Positions 46,078-56,248 of a stretch of 64,000 bases of DNA are shown here, one piece after another (the first letter of the stretch is position 1; each line of letters begins with the position of its first letter). The position numbers and the translations under genes are program-made. A model generated the notes under the pieces. The model saw only the letters and a program-made list of their open reading frames with translations, searched no databases and was not told the origin of the DNA. The stretch covers positions 1-64,000 of the IMG/VR virus record IMGVR_UViG_2675903066_000001. One strand, written 5' to 3'. The stretch is from a virus (lineage: Duplodnaviria; Caudoviricetes).

Positions 46078-46602
46078 TCAACGAGCCCGCGGTGGACGCC
46101 CCGACAGGTCGTACATGTGGCGCCGCTCCGAGTTGGACAGCACGTCGTACGCCTCGGTCACGCCTTTGAACCGTTCGGCCGCCGCGGAGTCGCCCGGGTT
46201 CTTGTCGGGGTGGAGCTCGCGCGCGAGACGCCGGTACGCGGTCTTGATGTCCTGCTGCGTGGCGGCCTGGTCGACGCCGAGCCGCTCGTACAGCTCGCCG
46301 GCGCGCGGCCGCGGCCTTGGCCTGGGCGGCGGCTCCTCCTTCTTCCGCTTTCTCGGGCCGGGGCACGTCGCGGTGTGCGGCATCATCAGCTTCTCGTGCG
46401 GGGCGATCGGCTGGTCCTTGGTGACGCGCCTCGACCGGAGCACGCCGTGCAGGTCTTTTCGCACCGCGGTGTTGCCGCCCGGGTCCGGCTGGAGGTCGAC
46501 GGCGAGCCACTTGCCCGCTTCTGTCTTCGTCCACCGGACCATCCGGCCGCATCCGGGCCGGCCGTGGTCGCCGCACCGGCCGACGTCAACCTTGGAGAAC
46601 AC
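46078..46602 (-). CDS. J-domain (DnaJ-like) protein
   Basis: LYERLGV...IKTAYRRLARELHPDKNP...F...EAYDVLS...R..YD. Confidence 0.9.
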   Translation of the reverse strand: MFSKVDVGRCGDHGRPGCGRMVRWTKTEAGKWLAVDLQPDPGGNTAVRKDLHGVLRSRRVTKDQPIAPHEKLMMPHTATCPGPRKRKKEEPPPRPRPRPRAGELYERLGVDQAATQQDIKTAYRRLARELHPDKNPGDSAAAERFKGVTEAYDVLSNSERRHMYDLSGRPPRAR

Positions 46603-46617
46603 GCACCACCTCGCCGC

Positions 46618-46992
46618 TCACCCGCCGCCGCCCCCTCCCGACCGGCCGAACCCTCCGCGCTGGATCACAGTCCCCCTGCGGGTGGTGATCTCCGCGTTCG
46701 CTGGCTTGAGGCTGGTGCCGCCGCGCACGTATCCGGGCCGGCTCGTGGTCGACGAGCCGTACAGCCAGTGGTAGTAGGCGGCGTGGGATCCGCCGTCGCA
46801 GTACCGGTCGTCCACGATCTGGTAGGTGCCGTCGGCCTGCTTGGTGGCGAGCACGCAGTCGGCGACCACCTCGGGGTCGTCGTCCGGGGCTGTGGCGATC
46901 AACGCGACAACGGCGCTGGCGAGGATGGTCAGCGTGACCACTGCGAGGCCGCATCCGTCTCCGTCTCCGCTGCGGCGCCGGTAGCTAGGCAT
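46618..46992 (-). CDS. Exported protein ending RGGFG-Gn
   Basis: TM, C...VDDRYC, QRGGFGRSGGGGGG. Confidence 0.65.
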   Translation of the reverse strand: MPSYRRRSGDGDGCGLAVVTLTILASAVVALIATAPDDDPEVVADCVLATKQADGTYQIVDDRYCDGGSHAAYYHWLYGSSTTSRPGYVRGGTSLKPANAEITTRRGTVIQRGGFGRSGGGGGG

Positions 46993-47219
46993 CGGCGGTC
47001 ACCGCCTCGGACCGGACCACGGACACCGGGCAGACACACGCCGCGATGAAGCACACGTACAGTACGTGAGGCCGCGCCGCATCTGCTGGACGTGCCGGTC
47101 GCACGTGAGGCCCTCGCGGGTGTGCCCGTGCTCGCACCGCGCGGTGACCTTGGTCGTGCTGTCGGCGCCGCACGGCGTGCCCAGGGCGATCGCGGTCACG
47201 GCCGTGCAGACGAGCGCGG

Positions 47220-47666
47220 TCATCGGGTTCCCTCCGTGTTGACGAAGAAGCGGGACAGCTCCCGCATCGCCTGGTCGGTCGCGGTCTTGCGGCGTCGCTG
47301 CACCTCGTCGTCGAGGTAGCGCTTGAAGTCGTCCGGGTACTGCTGGACGAGGCGGTCGAGCGCCGCACCGTGCGAGGCGTTGGCCAGCTCGGCCGCGCCT
47401 TCCGCGAACGGCAGGTGCAGCGGGCACAGCGAGCGGTACCGGCCGCCGACAGCTTCCGGGGCGGTCCGGTCGGGCCGGCTCGACGTGTGCTGGACGAGGA
47501 CGACCGCGACGGGCGGGCCGCACGGGATGCCGCGCGCCTTGCGGGTGATGGCGCACGCGGGGTGGTCACCTTCGCGCCAGCGACGTATCCACGTGCTGCG
47601 GTGCCGGTAGGTGTGGTTCGTGTCGCCGAGCAGCACGAACCCGTGGCCAGGGGCCATCTCTCTCAC
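47220..47666 (-). CDS. Hypothetical protein
   Basis: Coupled ORF in the early operon. Confidence 0.55.
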   Translation of the reverse strand: MREMAPGHGFVLLGDTNHTYRHRSTWIRRWREGDHPACAITRKARGIPCGPPVAVVLVQHTSSRPDRTAPEAVGGRYRSLCPLHLPFAEGAAELANASHGAALDRLVQQYPDDFKRYLDDEVQRRRKTATDQAMRELSRFFVNTEGTR

Positions 47667-47998
47667 CAGTTCACCGCCTCATCGACGATGACGAGGTTCG
47701 CGGTGGCGCCCTTGAACGGGCCGTGCTTGGCGCGGCGGTCGTCGGCCTGGGCGAGGTATTCGCGGCCGGAGTCCGTCAGCTGGACGCGCCACACGCCGAG
47801 CCGGGGGTGGTCGACGGCGATGTGCCCGAGCTGGGACGGCACGCGGAACGTCTCCTCTCGGGTGGAGTACTCGGTGCCGTCGAGCCGGCGGCATCCTCGA
47901 GGTGCGGGCTGGAACAGAACGCCGTCGCCCTGGTCGTGCTCGGCGATCTGGCGGAGCAGCGCGACGGAGGCGCGCTTGAGCGGCTGAGGGGAGGTCAC
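47663..47998 (-). CDS. Hypothetical protein (wHTH-like)
   Basis: VQLTDSGREYL. Confidence 0.5.
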   Translation of the reverse strand: MTSPQPLKRASVALLRQIAEHDQGDGVLFQPAPRGCRRLDGTEYSTREETFRVPSQLGHIAVDHPRLGVWRVQLTDSGREYLAQADDRRAKHGPFKGATANLVIVDEAVNW

Positions 47999-48002
47999 GG
48001 CG

Positions 48003-48386
48003 CTACTCCCCCTCGGGGTCCTGGTCGGCGCCGCCCTCTTGGTCAAGGAACCGCTTGCGGACGAGCTTGATCCCGTATGCGTCGCCACCGCGGGCGTGGG
48101 CCTTCGTGAACTCCCACGTGGGCGGCCGGTCAGCAAGGACTGTGCCGTGGTCCATCACCGTGTTCTTGACGACGGCGAACGCGCGCTCGCTGTCCATCGG
48201 GAAGACCCGGTGGCCGTGGACCTCCTGCCAGAGGACGTACTTGCCGTAGCCCTGGGCGGCGCGGACGTTGTGCAGCCTCAGGTACGCCTCGAACGGGTCG
48301 GCGCCGCCCCAGACGATCTCTTCGGGGTGCGGGTAGCGGTGGGGGTGGCGGATCAGGTTGCCGAGCTGGTCAAACGGGACCTGCAT
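48003..48386 (-). CDS. Hypothetical protein
   Basis: AAGGAGG RBS, ATG 48386. Confidence 0.6.
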   Translation of the reverse strand: MQVPFDQLGNLIRHPHRYPHPEEIVWGGADPFEAYLRLHNVRAAQGYGKYVLWQEVHGHRVFPMDSERAFAVVKNTVMDHGTVLADRPPTWEFTKAHARGGDAYGIKLVRKRFLDQEGGADQDPEGE

Positions 48387-48674
48387 CGTGGTAACCCTCC
48401 TTATCAGGGTCGGATTTGAGGTTGAGCCAGCGCCGCGCGAGGGCCGCGCCACGCTGGTACGTCTCGGTGTGGTCGCCTCGTGGTGTGGGGGCCCAGGTGC
48501 TGCGTTTGGCCTCGGTCGGCCGCCAGCCGTGACCGACCTGCGCGGTCACGTACGACAGGGCGAACGCGTGCGCGTCGGATCTCTCCTCCTCGGGGAGCTC
48601 GTCGCGCTCGTGCACGCGGTGCGCGAGCGCCCGGGCGGCCTCCTCGATAGCGCGCTGCAGCGCCTGGGCCGACG

Positions 48675-48995
48675 TCACGACCGCGCCTTGCGCTGCGGCC
48701 TGCGCTCCACCAGCTTGTAGTGGCAGGCAGCGGCGATGTAGCGGTCGATCATCCTGCGGCTTCTGCCGGTCTCGGTGCAGATCTGGTCGACGGTCAGCCC
48801 CTCGTTGACGAGCTGGGCGACCTTCTCCACGGCGGCCCGGCCGAGGCGGCCCTTGGGCAGCCAGACCGGGGCGCCGGTGTCGGGTTCGTCGATAACGCAT
48901 CCGGCCTCGAACAGTTCCCGGATGATGATCTTGGCCGTGGGAGTGGCCTTCCTCCGCAGGACTCGGCTGATGACCTGCTCGGCGGTGCTGGGCAT
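48675..48995 (-). CDS. HTH protein
   Basis: GLTVDQIC-ETGRSRRMIDRY. Confidence 0.65.
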   Translation of the reverse strand: MPSTAEQVISRVLRRKATPTAKIIIRELFEAGCVIDEPDTGAPVWLPKGRLGRAAVEKVAQLVNEGLTVDQICTETGRSRRMIDRYIAAACHYKLVERRPQRKARS

Positions 48996-49477
48996 GGTGT
49001 GGTTCTCCTACTGCGATGCCGTGGCGCGGAGCGCGAGCTGTCGCGCTGCTGCGATGTCGTCCGGGGTGACGTGGCCCTCGACGACGGCGAGCAGGGTCGC
49101 GCCGTCCGAGGACCAAATAGCCGTGTTACGCGGTATGGCCTTCTTGTTTCGGCTGCGGTTCCGCTTGCGCTTTACGTCGAGCGCGTCGGCGGGAGTTAGC
49201 ACGCTGTGTCTCCTTCGGGTCAGGTAGGGGAAGCTGGTAGCCGACGATCTCACCGTCGACGATGACGGGCTCGCCGAGTTGCTTCGGCTTGCGTGGCATC
49301 AGGTCCTCGGCTTGTCGTCGTCCTTGGTGAGGCCCATGAGCCGGAAGTACGGCGCGGCCACGAACCCGACCATGCAGACGAGGAAGATGAGGACACCGCC
49401 CGGCTTGCTGTCCTGGTAGGTGATCCAGGACGCGCCGCAGGTGACGGCCACCATGACGAGGAACGCGACCAGGCGGC

Positions 49478-50026
49478 TCACGCGGACACCCGCCTTACGG
49501 TGTTGACGTCCTTGAGGACTCGCCGATGCGTGGCCGGGAGATCGAACGCAGGGTGACCGAGGTAGTCCAGGCCGAGCCAGCGCAACCACGCGGCGTCGCA
49601 CTCGTCCTCGGTGGCGAACTCAACGCCGGCCCGCTTGAGCGCGGCGGTGGCCATCTGGCTCTTAGTCGCGTCGCCTCTACTGGTGGCGTAGATCTTGAGG
49701 TGCATCACGTTGACCAACGCGAGCGTCACGCCAGACCGCCAGCAGGCGAGCCGGACGTTGCCGCTGATCTCCGCTAGGCGGTGCGCCGCTGCGGAGCGCA
49801 GGCTGGCCGCGTAGTCCTCCAGCACAAGCATGTCCGGCTTGAGCCGGAACAGCACGTCGTAGACGTGGGCCTGGATGTGGTCCATCCGGGCCAGGTCGTC
49901 GGCGAGAGACCTGGCGCCCTTCACCTTCGGAGCAACGATCGCTTCGGTGCTGCCGTCCGGGAGCGCGAGCCCGGACTGCTCGGCCGCGAGGTCAAGCCCT
50001 ACGACGCGGGGAAATGTCATGTCCAA
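49478..50026 (-). CDS. RuvC-like Holliday junction resolvase
   Basis: VVGLDL, LVLED, LK-YAT-GDA-K, DECDA. Confidence 0.85.
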   Translation of the reverse strand: MDMTFPRVVGLDLAAEQSGLALPDGSTEAIVAPKVKGARSLADDLARMDHIQAHVYDVLFRLKPDMLVLEDYAASLRSAAAHRLAEISGNVRLACWRSGVTLALVNVMHLKIYATSRGDATKSQMATAALKRAGVEFATEDECDAAWLRWLGLDYLGHPAFDLPATHRRVLKDVNTVRRVSA

Positions 50027-50265
50027 TCCTTCGGGGTGTCGATGTCGTGCAGGTCGTGATCAACCACGTAGTCGAGCCAGGCGGCTAACCCTGCCTGGCC
50101 GGTGACGTCGTCCGGTTTCAGGGCTCGGGCCCGCCTGTCGCGTCGCGCGCGAGCGGCCCGCTTGTGCTGGCGACGCAGCCACAGCCCGTACAAGACCAAC
50201 CCGGCCGCGGCCGACACCGTGATGGTGCCGACCACGGCCAGGAGGGAGACGACGAGGTCTTTCAC
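50017..50265 (-). CDS. Small membrane protein
   Basis: N-terminal TM. Confidence 0.55.
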   Translation of the reverse strand: MKDLVVSLLAVVGTITVSAAAGLVLYGLWLRRQHKRAARARRDRRARALKPDDVTGQAGLAAWLDYVVDHDLHDIDTPKDWT

Positions 50266-50680
50266 GGGGTGGGCTGGGTCTCCGCGACGGCGTCGAGTTC
50301 CTCGGTGTCGTCGTTGGGCGAGATTCCGGCCTCGGTCAGGCGGGCGCGGAGCGTCGCCTGTCGCAGGTGCGCGAGCGCGAGGTCGCGCCGCAGCTCGTGA
50401 ACCTCCCCGGCGAGGTCGGCGTGCGCCTGGATCGCGCGGTGTGCCGCGTCGACGGCGTTATCGTGCTGGGCCTCGGTCAGTTGCATGCGGCGTTCGAGCT
50501 CGCGCCGCGTTGCCTCCTGGCCGAAGGCGTAGCTGAGCGGGCAGCACACGATGAGCACGAGCTGGACCGTGATGAACGTCCAGATCCCCGCCGACACGAA
50601 GCTGAGGCCGAGGTACGCGGCCGCGGCCGCGACGACGAGCCCGCGCTGGCGTCGGGTCAGCCGGTTCCACCACTCTTCCA

Positions 50681-51046
50681 TCAGGCGGCCTGCCCTTCGA
50701 GTGCGCCCAGCACGTCGACGAGCGTCGCGCGGTCGTTCCAGAAGGCCAGCCACCGCGGCGGCGACGCCTCGTCCTTGGGCCGGCCGAGCACCGCGGCGAT
50801 CTCGGCGCAGACCTGCTGCGCGACGTCCCAGCGGGCGAGGTAGCCGGGGTCCGTGCTGGACGGCTTGACGCAGGCCAGCTCCGTGACGGGCAGGCCCGCA
50901 GCGAGGCTGATGGCTCCCACCAGGTCGAAGCCGGGTGTCGTGGGACTCTCGGAGTAGTACCTGCCCTGGATCCAGCCGCCCGTCCTGAGCATGTCGGCGG
51001 CTCCGGCCCGGACGGCGGCCGTGCCGGGGACGGTGAGGGTGGTCAT
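50681..51046 (-). CDS. Phage hypothetical protein (DUF6197-like)
   Basis: GWIQG, LVGAI, WND motifs. Confidence 0.6.
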   Translation of the reverse strand: MTTLTVPGTAAVRAGAADMLRTGGWIQGRYYSESPTTPGFDLVGAISLAAGLPVTELACVKPSSTDPGYLARWDVAQQVCAEIAAVLGRPKDEASPPRWLAFWNDRATLVDVLGALEGQAA

Positions 51047-51167
51047 TTGACGATCTCGCTTTCCAGGAGAAACGGGGACGACGCGGCGAGGATGACCGCA
51101 GCGGCCAGGACCGCGAGCAGCACCAGCCCGATCAGCGCCCACAGATCTGGGCGGTCGTCGCGTCGGT

Positions 51168-51413
51168 TCACTGGCCACCGCCAGGCGCCCAGTCGAGTTC
51201 GTCTGGCGTGACCTGCACGAGCTCGACGCGAGTCGGGGAGCCGGTTGCGCGCGCCTGGTCGGCCAGCCGCCGCCATTCGCCTGCGGCGTGCTCGATCGTG
51301 AGTAGCTGGTCTGGGTTCATCGCCGTGTTGTTGACGAAGACCAGCCAGTACGTCTCTGTCGCTGGGTCCCCGGAGGCCTTCGGGAAGGCGTCTGGTGTGA
51401 GTTTTGTCGTCAC
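51168..51413 (-). CDS. Hypothetical protein
   Basis: Coupled ORF. Confidence 0.5.
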   Translation of the reverse strand: MTTKLTPDAFPKASGDPATETYWLVFVNNTAMNPDQLLTIEHAAGEWRRLADQARATGSPTRVELVQVTPDELDWAPGGGQ

Positions 51414-51811
51414 GCGCGGCTCGACTCCGGGAGTCGAGCCGGCTGGGCGGCGGTGGCGAGGGGTTCACTTTTGCACTGATCACCCGCAGGCTCGGGCTTG
51501 CCGTCGATGTCGTGGTACCAGCCGAAACCGGTCATCCACTTGGCGGTGCGGCCGCACGTGGTGCACTCGGTGGTCTCAGAGGGCTGGCTGCTGCTGGGGT
51601 CGCGGTTCAGGTCGGCGTACCGGATGAGGGCTTCCAGCTGGCGGGCACGCTGCTTCAGGCCCGCGATTTCCTGGTCGGCGCGTTGCCGGACCTGCTCGGC
51701 CTGCCCCAGCAGGCTGTTGCGCTGGCCGACGAGCATCTGGATCGTGTCGGCGGTGAACATCGTGCCGAGCGGGTCGTTGGGGCTGATGCCGAACTGCTCT
51801 TCGCTGGTCAT
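51410..51811 (-). CDS. Coiled-coil + CxxC protein
   Basis: ATG 51811; CTTCG. Confidence 0.55.
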   Translation of the reverse strand: MTSEEQFGISPNDPLGTMFTADTIQMLVGQRNSLLGQAEQVRQRADQEIAGLKQRARQLEALIRYADLNRDPSSSQPSETTECTTCGRTAKWMTGFGWYHDIDGKPEPAGDQCKSEPLATAAQPARLPESSRA

Positions 51812-51888
51812 AGCCAGTCCTTCCAAGGGGAGAGTCAGGGGTTGGTGCCGTCCGGGCGTCCTGGCTGTGCGCGGACGCCCGGACGGGG

Positions 51889-52284
51889 CTATCGGTTGCG
51901 GCCGGGCTCGCTGCTCCGGGTGATGGACGTTCCGCCAATCGAGGCGAACTCGATGCGGCGGACGATCACGCAGCCGGTGCACTTGCACTCGGCGAGCAGG
52001 TCGCGCTCGTTGTTGTTGCGGTACGCCCAGGTCGCGTGTCCGGCGAGTTCCTCGCGCATGACGCGGAGCATGTGGTCCCGCTCCCAGCGCACTTCTGCGA
52101 GGTTCTCGGCCAGCTCAGCCTCTCGGCAGTCGCACGCGGGGTGGTGGTCTGCGCAGGCTCGCCAGCGCGGATCCATGGTGTTCTTCGGCAGCGGCAGGAC
52201 CAGCGGAATCTCCGGGCGCTTCTCGCGCCACCGGGGCGGTCTGAACCGCACCACGTGGCGCACGGCCACCTCTGTGGACGCCAT
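51889..52284 (-). CDS. Hypothetical protein
   Basis: C-DHHPACDCREAE, CKCTGC. Confidence 0.6.
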   Translation of the reverse strand: MASTEVAVRHVVRFRPPRWREKRPEIPLVLPLPKNTMDPRWRACADHHPACDCREAELAENLAEVRWERDHMLRVMREELAGHATWAYRNNNERDLLAECKCTGCVIVRRIEFASIGGTSITRSSEPGRNR

Positions 52285-53744
52285 CAGAAGCCGCCGCCCT
52301 GCTGCTCACCCTGCTGGGCCTCGGCCGCCTGCTTGGCGGCGCTAACCATGGTCTCCCAGGTGGCGCGGGGCTGCTCCGCGCCGAGCGCCGCCTCCAGCAG
52401 CTGGGCCACCGCTTCCACCTGCTCGAATGTCAGGTCGTCGGCGTTCATGATCGGCTGCTCCAGGATGATGGACAGGTCCTGGAAGCGGTCCTCGCCGTTG
52501 GTGATGCCGATCCGGGTGAAAGACTCGTCGATCTGCTTGTAGAGGCTGAGCCGCCGCTTGGCGCGCTCAACCAGGAGCCGCTTCAGCTCGTCGATGGCGG
52601 ACTGCGCCTGGCCGTGGGTGAGGTTCTTCGTCGAGCCCTCGACCGGGACCTTCAGGAACTCGGACAGCCACGCGAACCGTGCCTCGTCGTTCAGCTTCGT
52701 CGATCCGCGCCCAGTGTGCACGGTGATCCCGGCGTCCGTCATGAGGATGCCCAGCTCGCGCAGCTGATCCTTGTTCGCGGGCTCGTCCTCGACGACGTCG
52801 CCCTCGACGGGCTCGTCGGCGTCGGCCGGAGGCTGCTCGCCGCCGGCGAGCTTCTCGTCCGGCGCCGCGGCGACCGGCCCGCTGGCGGGCTCGGCGCTCG
52901 CCTGCGCCTCCTCCGGCTCCATCACGGTGGGCGGCAGGTGCTCGCCCCGGCCGAGCGCGCTCTCCACCGCGGCGGCCTGCGCCGGCGTCAGGTCAGCCGC
53001 CGACCGGAAGGTGTAGTCCGGGTGGACGAGATGCAGGTAGCCGAGCTTGTCAGTCACGCCCTTCTCGTCCATCAGCTTGGCCAGGCGGCGAAGCTGATCG
53101 GTGGTGGCCTTGACCACGCCGGTCACCTCCTGCGAGGCCGTGGCTGCCTCGCGCACCGAGGCGCCCGCCTCCACCCTGGCGTCGGTGACGACGTACGAGC
53201 CGTCCGGGTTCATCTCCGCGCCCAGCTCCTCCGGCACGTAGGTGAAGCCGAGCAGCGCCTCCTTGCAGGCTTCCCGGGCGCATTCGGACACCGAGCGGGC
53301 CTTGAGCATCTGCTCGGGGTACTTGAGGTAGTTCTCGTTCTGCTTGATCAGCCCGGCCTTCCGGGCCCGGTCCATCGTCCACGTCGCCCGGAACTCGAAG
53401 TCCGGGTCGTCGGCACGGATGATGGTGGTGACGGCCTTGACGACGTTGCCTTCGTCGTCGTGCTCCACCCACGTGCGCAGCTTGTGCCCGGCCTTACGGA
53501 CCAGCGCCGACATGAGGCCTGCCGACGCGGTCGGCTTGCCCTTGATGATGTGGACCTCGGTGATGGCGACCATCGGCTCGACGCCGAGCGCGATGCCCCA
53601 CTCGACCGCGTACAGCACGTTGGCGGGCTGCTTGCGGTAGGCGTCCGGCAGCAGGCCCGCGTTGGACAGGTCCTGCGCGTACTTGATGCGGGCAGGCATG
53701 TCCCACGTGGCGATAGCGGGCAGGTTGGGGGTTGCTGCGGTCAT
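52284..53744 (-). CDS. RecT/Red-beta-like annealing protein with C-terminal repeats
   Basis: LPDAYRKQPANV, IKGKP, YPEQML-AR, YVPEEL; paired with the YqaJ gene. Confidence 0.8.
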   Translation of the reverse strand: MTAATPNLPAIATWDMPARIKYAQDLSNAGLLPDAYRKQPANVLYAVEWGIALGVEPMVAITEVHIIKGKPTASAGLMSALVRKAGHKLRTWVEHDDEGNVVKAVTTIIRADDPDFEFRATWTMDRARKAGLIKQNENYLKYPEQMLKARSVSECAREACKEALLGFTYVPEELGAEMNPDGSYVVTDARVEAGASVREAATASQEVTGVVKATTDQLRRLAKLMDEKGVTDKLGYLHLVHPDYTFRSAADLTPAQAAAVESALGRGEHLPPTVMEPEEAQASAEPASGPVAAAPDEKLAGGEQPPADADEPVEGDVVEDEPANKDQLRELGILMTDAGITVHTGRGSTKLNDEARFAWLSEFLKVPVEGSTKNLTHGQAQSAIDELKRLLVERAKRRLSLYKQIDESFTRIGITNGEDRFQDLSIILEQPIMNADDLTFEQVEAVAQLLEAALGAEQPRATWETMVSAAKQAAEAQQGEQQGGGF

Positions 53745-54691
53745 GCTGCGACTCCTTGCAGTTCAGGGGTGGGAAGGTCGGATTCGACGACCAGGAAGGG
53801 GGTGCCGCCGCCCTTCGCCTGGCGGCGAGCCACGTTGTCGAGGCCGAACCGGGCGCGGCCGGCCAGACCCATCGCATCGAGCAGCTCGGCGCGGGCCTTC
53901 TCAGCTCGGGCCTTGGCCGACTTCGCTTCGGCGGCCGCCGCCTTCTCCTCCGCGAGGGCGGGGAGCCAGCGGGCGGCCTGCTCGTCGGTGATGTCGTAGA
54001 TGAGTTCGTTGTCGATGTCGGGGTGCCGCTTGCGGATGGCCTTGACGGTGGCCTTGTGGCCGTCGACGGGCGGCATCTCGTCCCACGCGATGCTGAGCAG
54101 GAACTCCTCGGCCTGCCTGCGCATCCACTCGGCGTCGGCTTCGTCGGGCAGGATGTGGTACTCGCGGAAGTCGAAGCCGCGGCCGATGACGACTGCGACC
54201 TTCCACCACGGCAGGCCGGTCACGTCGAGGTACCAGCGGACCTGGGTGAGGTAGTGGAACGGGATCTCTGCGGTTCCGGAGGTCCCCCAGCCGCGGCCGT
54301 CAGCGTCGGTCTTGATCTCCAGTCCGCCGACCACGCGACCGTCCTGCAGAAGGAACCGGTCGGGGTTGGTGAGCTGCCAGTCCCGATCCGGGTCAGCGTG
54401 CACGTACGTCCCGGCTTCGACGACCTCGAACTCGGGGTGCTCGTGAGCGAACCAGGCGGCCACGCCAGGCTCCAGGAAGTGGCCGCGTGACTGCTGGTCG
54501 TTCTGGGGGTCGGGTTCGATGAGTCCGGCTTTCTCGCACCACAGGCTGTACTTGGACTGCCACTTGGACAGGCCGATGATCGCGGCGACGTCGGATCCGC
54601 CGATGCGGTGCTGACGTGCTGCGTGCCACTCGGGGCTTCCGGAGGCCCACCGGCCGAGGTACCGGCCGGTGGGTGTGACGAGGGTGGTCAT
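53741..54691 (-). CDS. YqaJ-like viral recombinase exonuclease
   Basis: EWH-AR--RIGGSD, GHFLEP, NPDR, LEIKT, YLTQVRWY. Confidence 0.92.
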   Translation of the reverse strand: MTTLVTPTGRYLGRWASGSPEWHAARQHRIGGSDVAAIIGLSKWQSKYSLWCEKAGLIEPDPQNDQQSRGHFLEPGVAAWFAHEHPEFEVVEAGTYVHADPDRDWQLTNPDRFLLQDGRVVGGLEIKTDADGRGWGTSGTAEIPFHYLTQVRWYLDVTGLPWWKVAVVIGRGFDFREYHILPDEADAEWMRRQAEEFLLSIAWDEMPPVDGHKATVKAIRKRHPDIDNELIYDITDEQAARWLPALAEEKAAAAEAKSAKARAEKARAELLDAMGLAGRARFGLDNVARRQAKGGGTPFLVVESDLPTPELQGVAA

Positions 54692-55080
54692 CAAAACGGG
54701 GGCTCCTGGAACTTGCGCTCGCGCCCCTCGCGGACCAGGTGCCACGGTCCCCGGATGGACAGCATGTCGTCGAGGTCTTCCACGGCGAAGTTCCCGCCCG
54801 TGTTGACCAAGGTGACCTCTCGGTTTCCATGTCGGCGGACCGCGTACCACTCGACGTCCTGGCCGTCTTCCCAGATGTCGCCCTCGATGGGCGGCCACTT
54901 CTCGGGGGTGAGGACCTCGACGTTGATGCCTTCGGTGTGCAGCGGGATCTCGCCGACGAACTTGGTGACGCCGTTGGGCTGCGGGAGGCTGACGAACAGC
55001 TGGTCGCCGTGCTTGAGCTCGTCGGCCTCGCACAGGATGGTGATCCTCAGGCGATCACCGGGCCGGATCTTCGGCGTCAT
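54691..55080 (-). CDS. Hypothetical protein
   Basis: GGAGG RBS; WPP--GDIW-D motif. Confidence 0.6.
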   Translation of the reverse strand: MTPKIRPGDRLRITILCEADELKHGDQLFVSLPQPNGVTKFVGEIPLHTEGINVEVLTPEKWPPIEGDIWEDGQDVEWYAVRRHGNREVTLVNTGGNFAVEDLDDMLSIRGPWHLVREGRERKFQEPPF

Positions 55081-55268
55081 CAGTCCTCCCGCTCGCGCTC
55101 GTAGACCCACCGGTCGAAGAGGGTCAGGGCCTTCTCGGCCGGGTTGGTCTGGTCTCGCCACACCAGGCGGCGGGCCGGCTGGATCACTGGGTCGCTGGGG
55201 TGCGGGGCGCGGATGGCGTGGAGCATGTCCGTGATCTCGTCGTCGGACGGCGTGGGCAGGAGCTTCAC
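55080..55268 (-). CDS. Small hypothetical protein
   Basis: Coupled ORF. Confidence 0.5.
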   Translation of the reverse strand: MKLLPTPSDDEITDMLHAIRAPHPSDPVIQPARRLVWRDQTNPAEKALTLFDRWVYERERED

Positions 55269-56248
55269 TCGGTCACCTCGCCGATGGCCAGCTGGTAGAT
55301 GGTGTTGCGGTCCCGGACCGAAGTTGCTTCAGCGACGCGGACGAGCCGCTCGACCAGGTCCATGGGGCTGCTCATCGGCACGCCGAGCGCTGCGCAGTTG
55401 ATGCGGTGGATCGCCACCGGGAGCGTCGTGTACGCGGCGGGCGCTTCGGGAACGGTCTGGACCTCGACGAGGAAGCCGCTGTTCATCCAGTGGAAGATGC
55501 CGAGCCCGTCCTCGGTGAGGCCTCCCTTCCACACGTCTGGGTAGCGCTCGACGAGCCGCTCCATGTGCGCGGCCACCCGAGCCGGAGTCGCGTCGAGCGG
55601 GACGTACGCCTCAGCAAACGGGATCACGCCTGCGCTTCGCCGAGGGTGGATCACCGGGAAGTCGCTGGTGACGTCGCGGCCGGTCGCGTCGCTTACGGTG
55701 ATGTCCCACACGCGGCTCAGGTGACCGGGCGGCAAGGAGGCGCGGCGGGCGAGCCCGATGCCGAGCCGGGCGTTGAACCGCTCTGCGGTGATGCGTAGCA
55801 TCTCGCGCGGCCCTTCGGCGGTCTGCCACCGCGCGTTGTAGACGGGCGCGGCCACCTTGATGAAGACGGGGCTGGTGGCGCCCTCGATCGGGATGACCTG
55901 GCCGTCGCCCTGCTCCAGGTCGATCGTCACCTCGCACGCCAGGCCGTGGTACAGGCAGAGGTAGGCGGCGAGCTGGTTGGCCAGGTGGGCGGCGTTGAGG
56001 GCGGCCAGCAGGATCGCGTTGGGGAGGCGGTCGCACTCAACGCGGAACACCGGGTCGTTCTCGACGTCCTTGACGCGCTGGTTGATCATGCGGTCGGCGG
56101 CCTGCCCGTCACCGTCGAGGAGTTGGACGAGCCGGTCTCGGGCTGCCACGCCGACGTCGGTGAGCCGGTTGTTGATGACACCGTCGACGAGTTCGTCGAG
56201 GCGCTTTCCCGTGACTCTGAGGGCGGGTGCGGGGGGCGTGATGGTCAT
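55265..56248 (-). CDS. Hypothetical protein, first gene of the early leftward operon
   Basis: AGGAG RBS, 327 aa. Confidence 0.7.
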   Translation of the reverse strand: MTITPPAPALRVTGKRLDELVDGVINNRLTDVGVAARDRLVQLLDGDGQAADRMINQRVKDVENDPVFRVECDRLPNAILLAALNAAHLANQLAAYLCLYHGLACEVTIDLEQGDGQVIPIEGATSPVFIKVAAPVYNARWQTAEGPREMLRITAERFNARLGIGLARRASLPPGHLSRVWDITVSDATGRDVTSDFPVIHPRRSAGVIPFAEAYVPLDATPARVAAHMERLVERYPDVWKGGLTEDGLGIFHWMNSGFLVEVQTVPEAPAAYTTLPVAIHRINCAALGVPMSSPMDLVERLVRVAEATSVRDRNTIYQLAIGEVTE

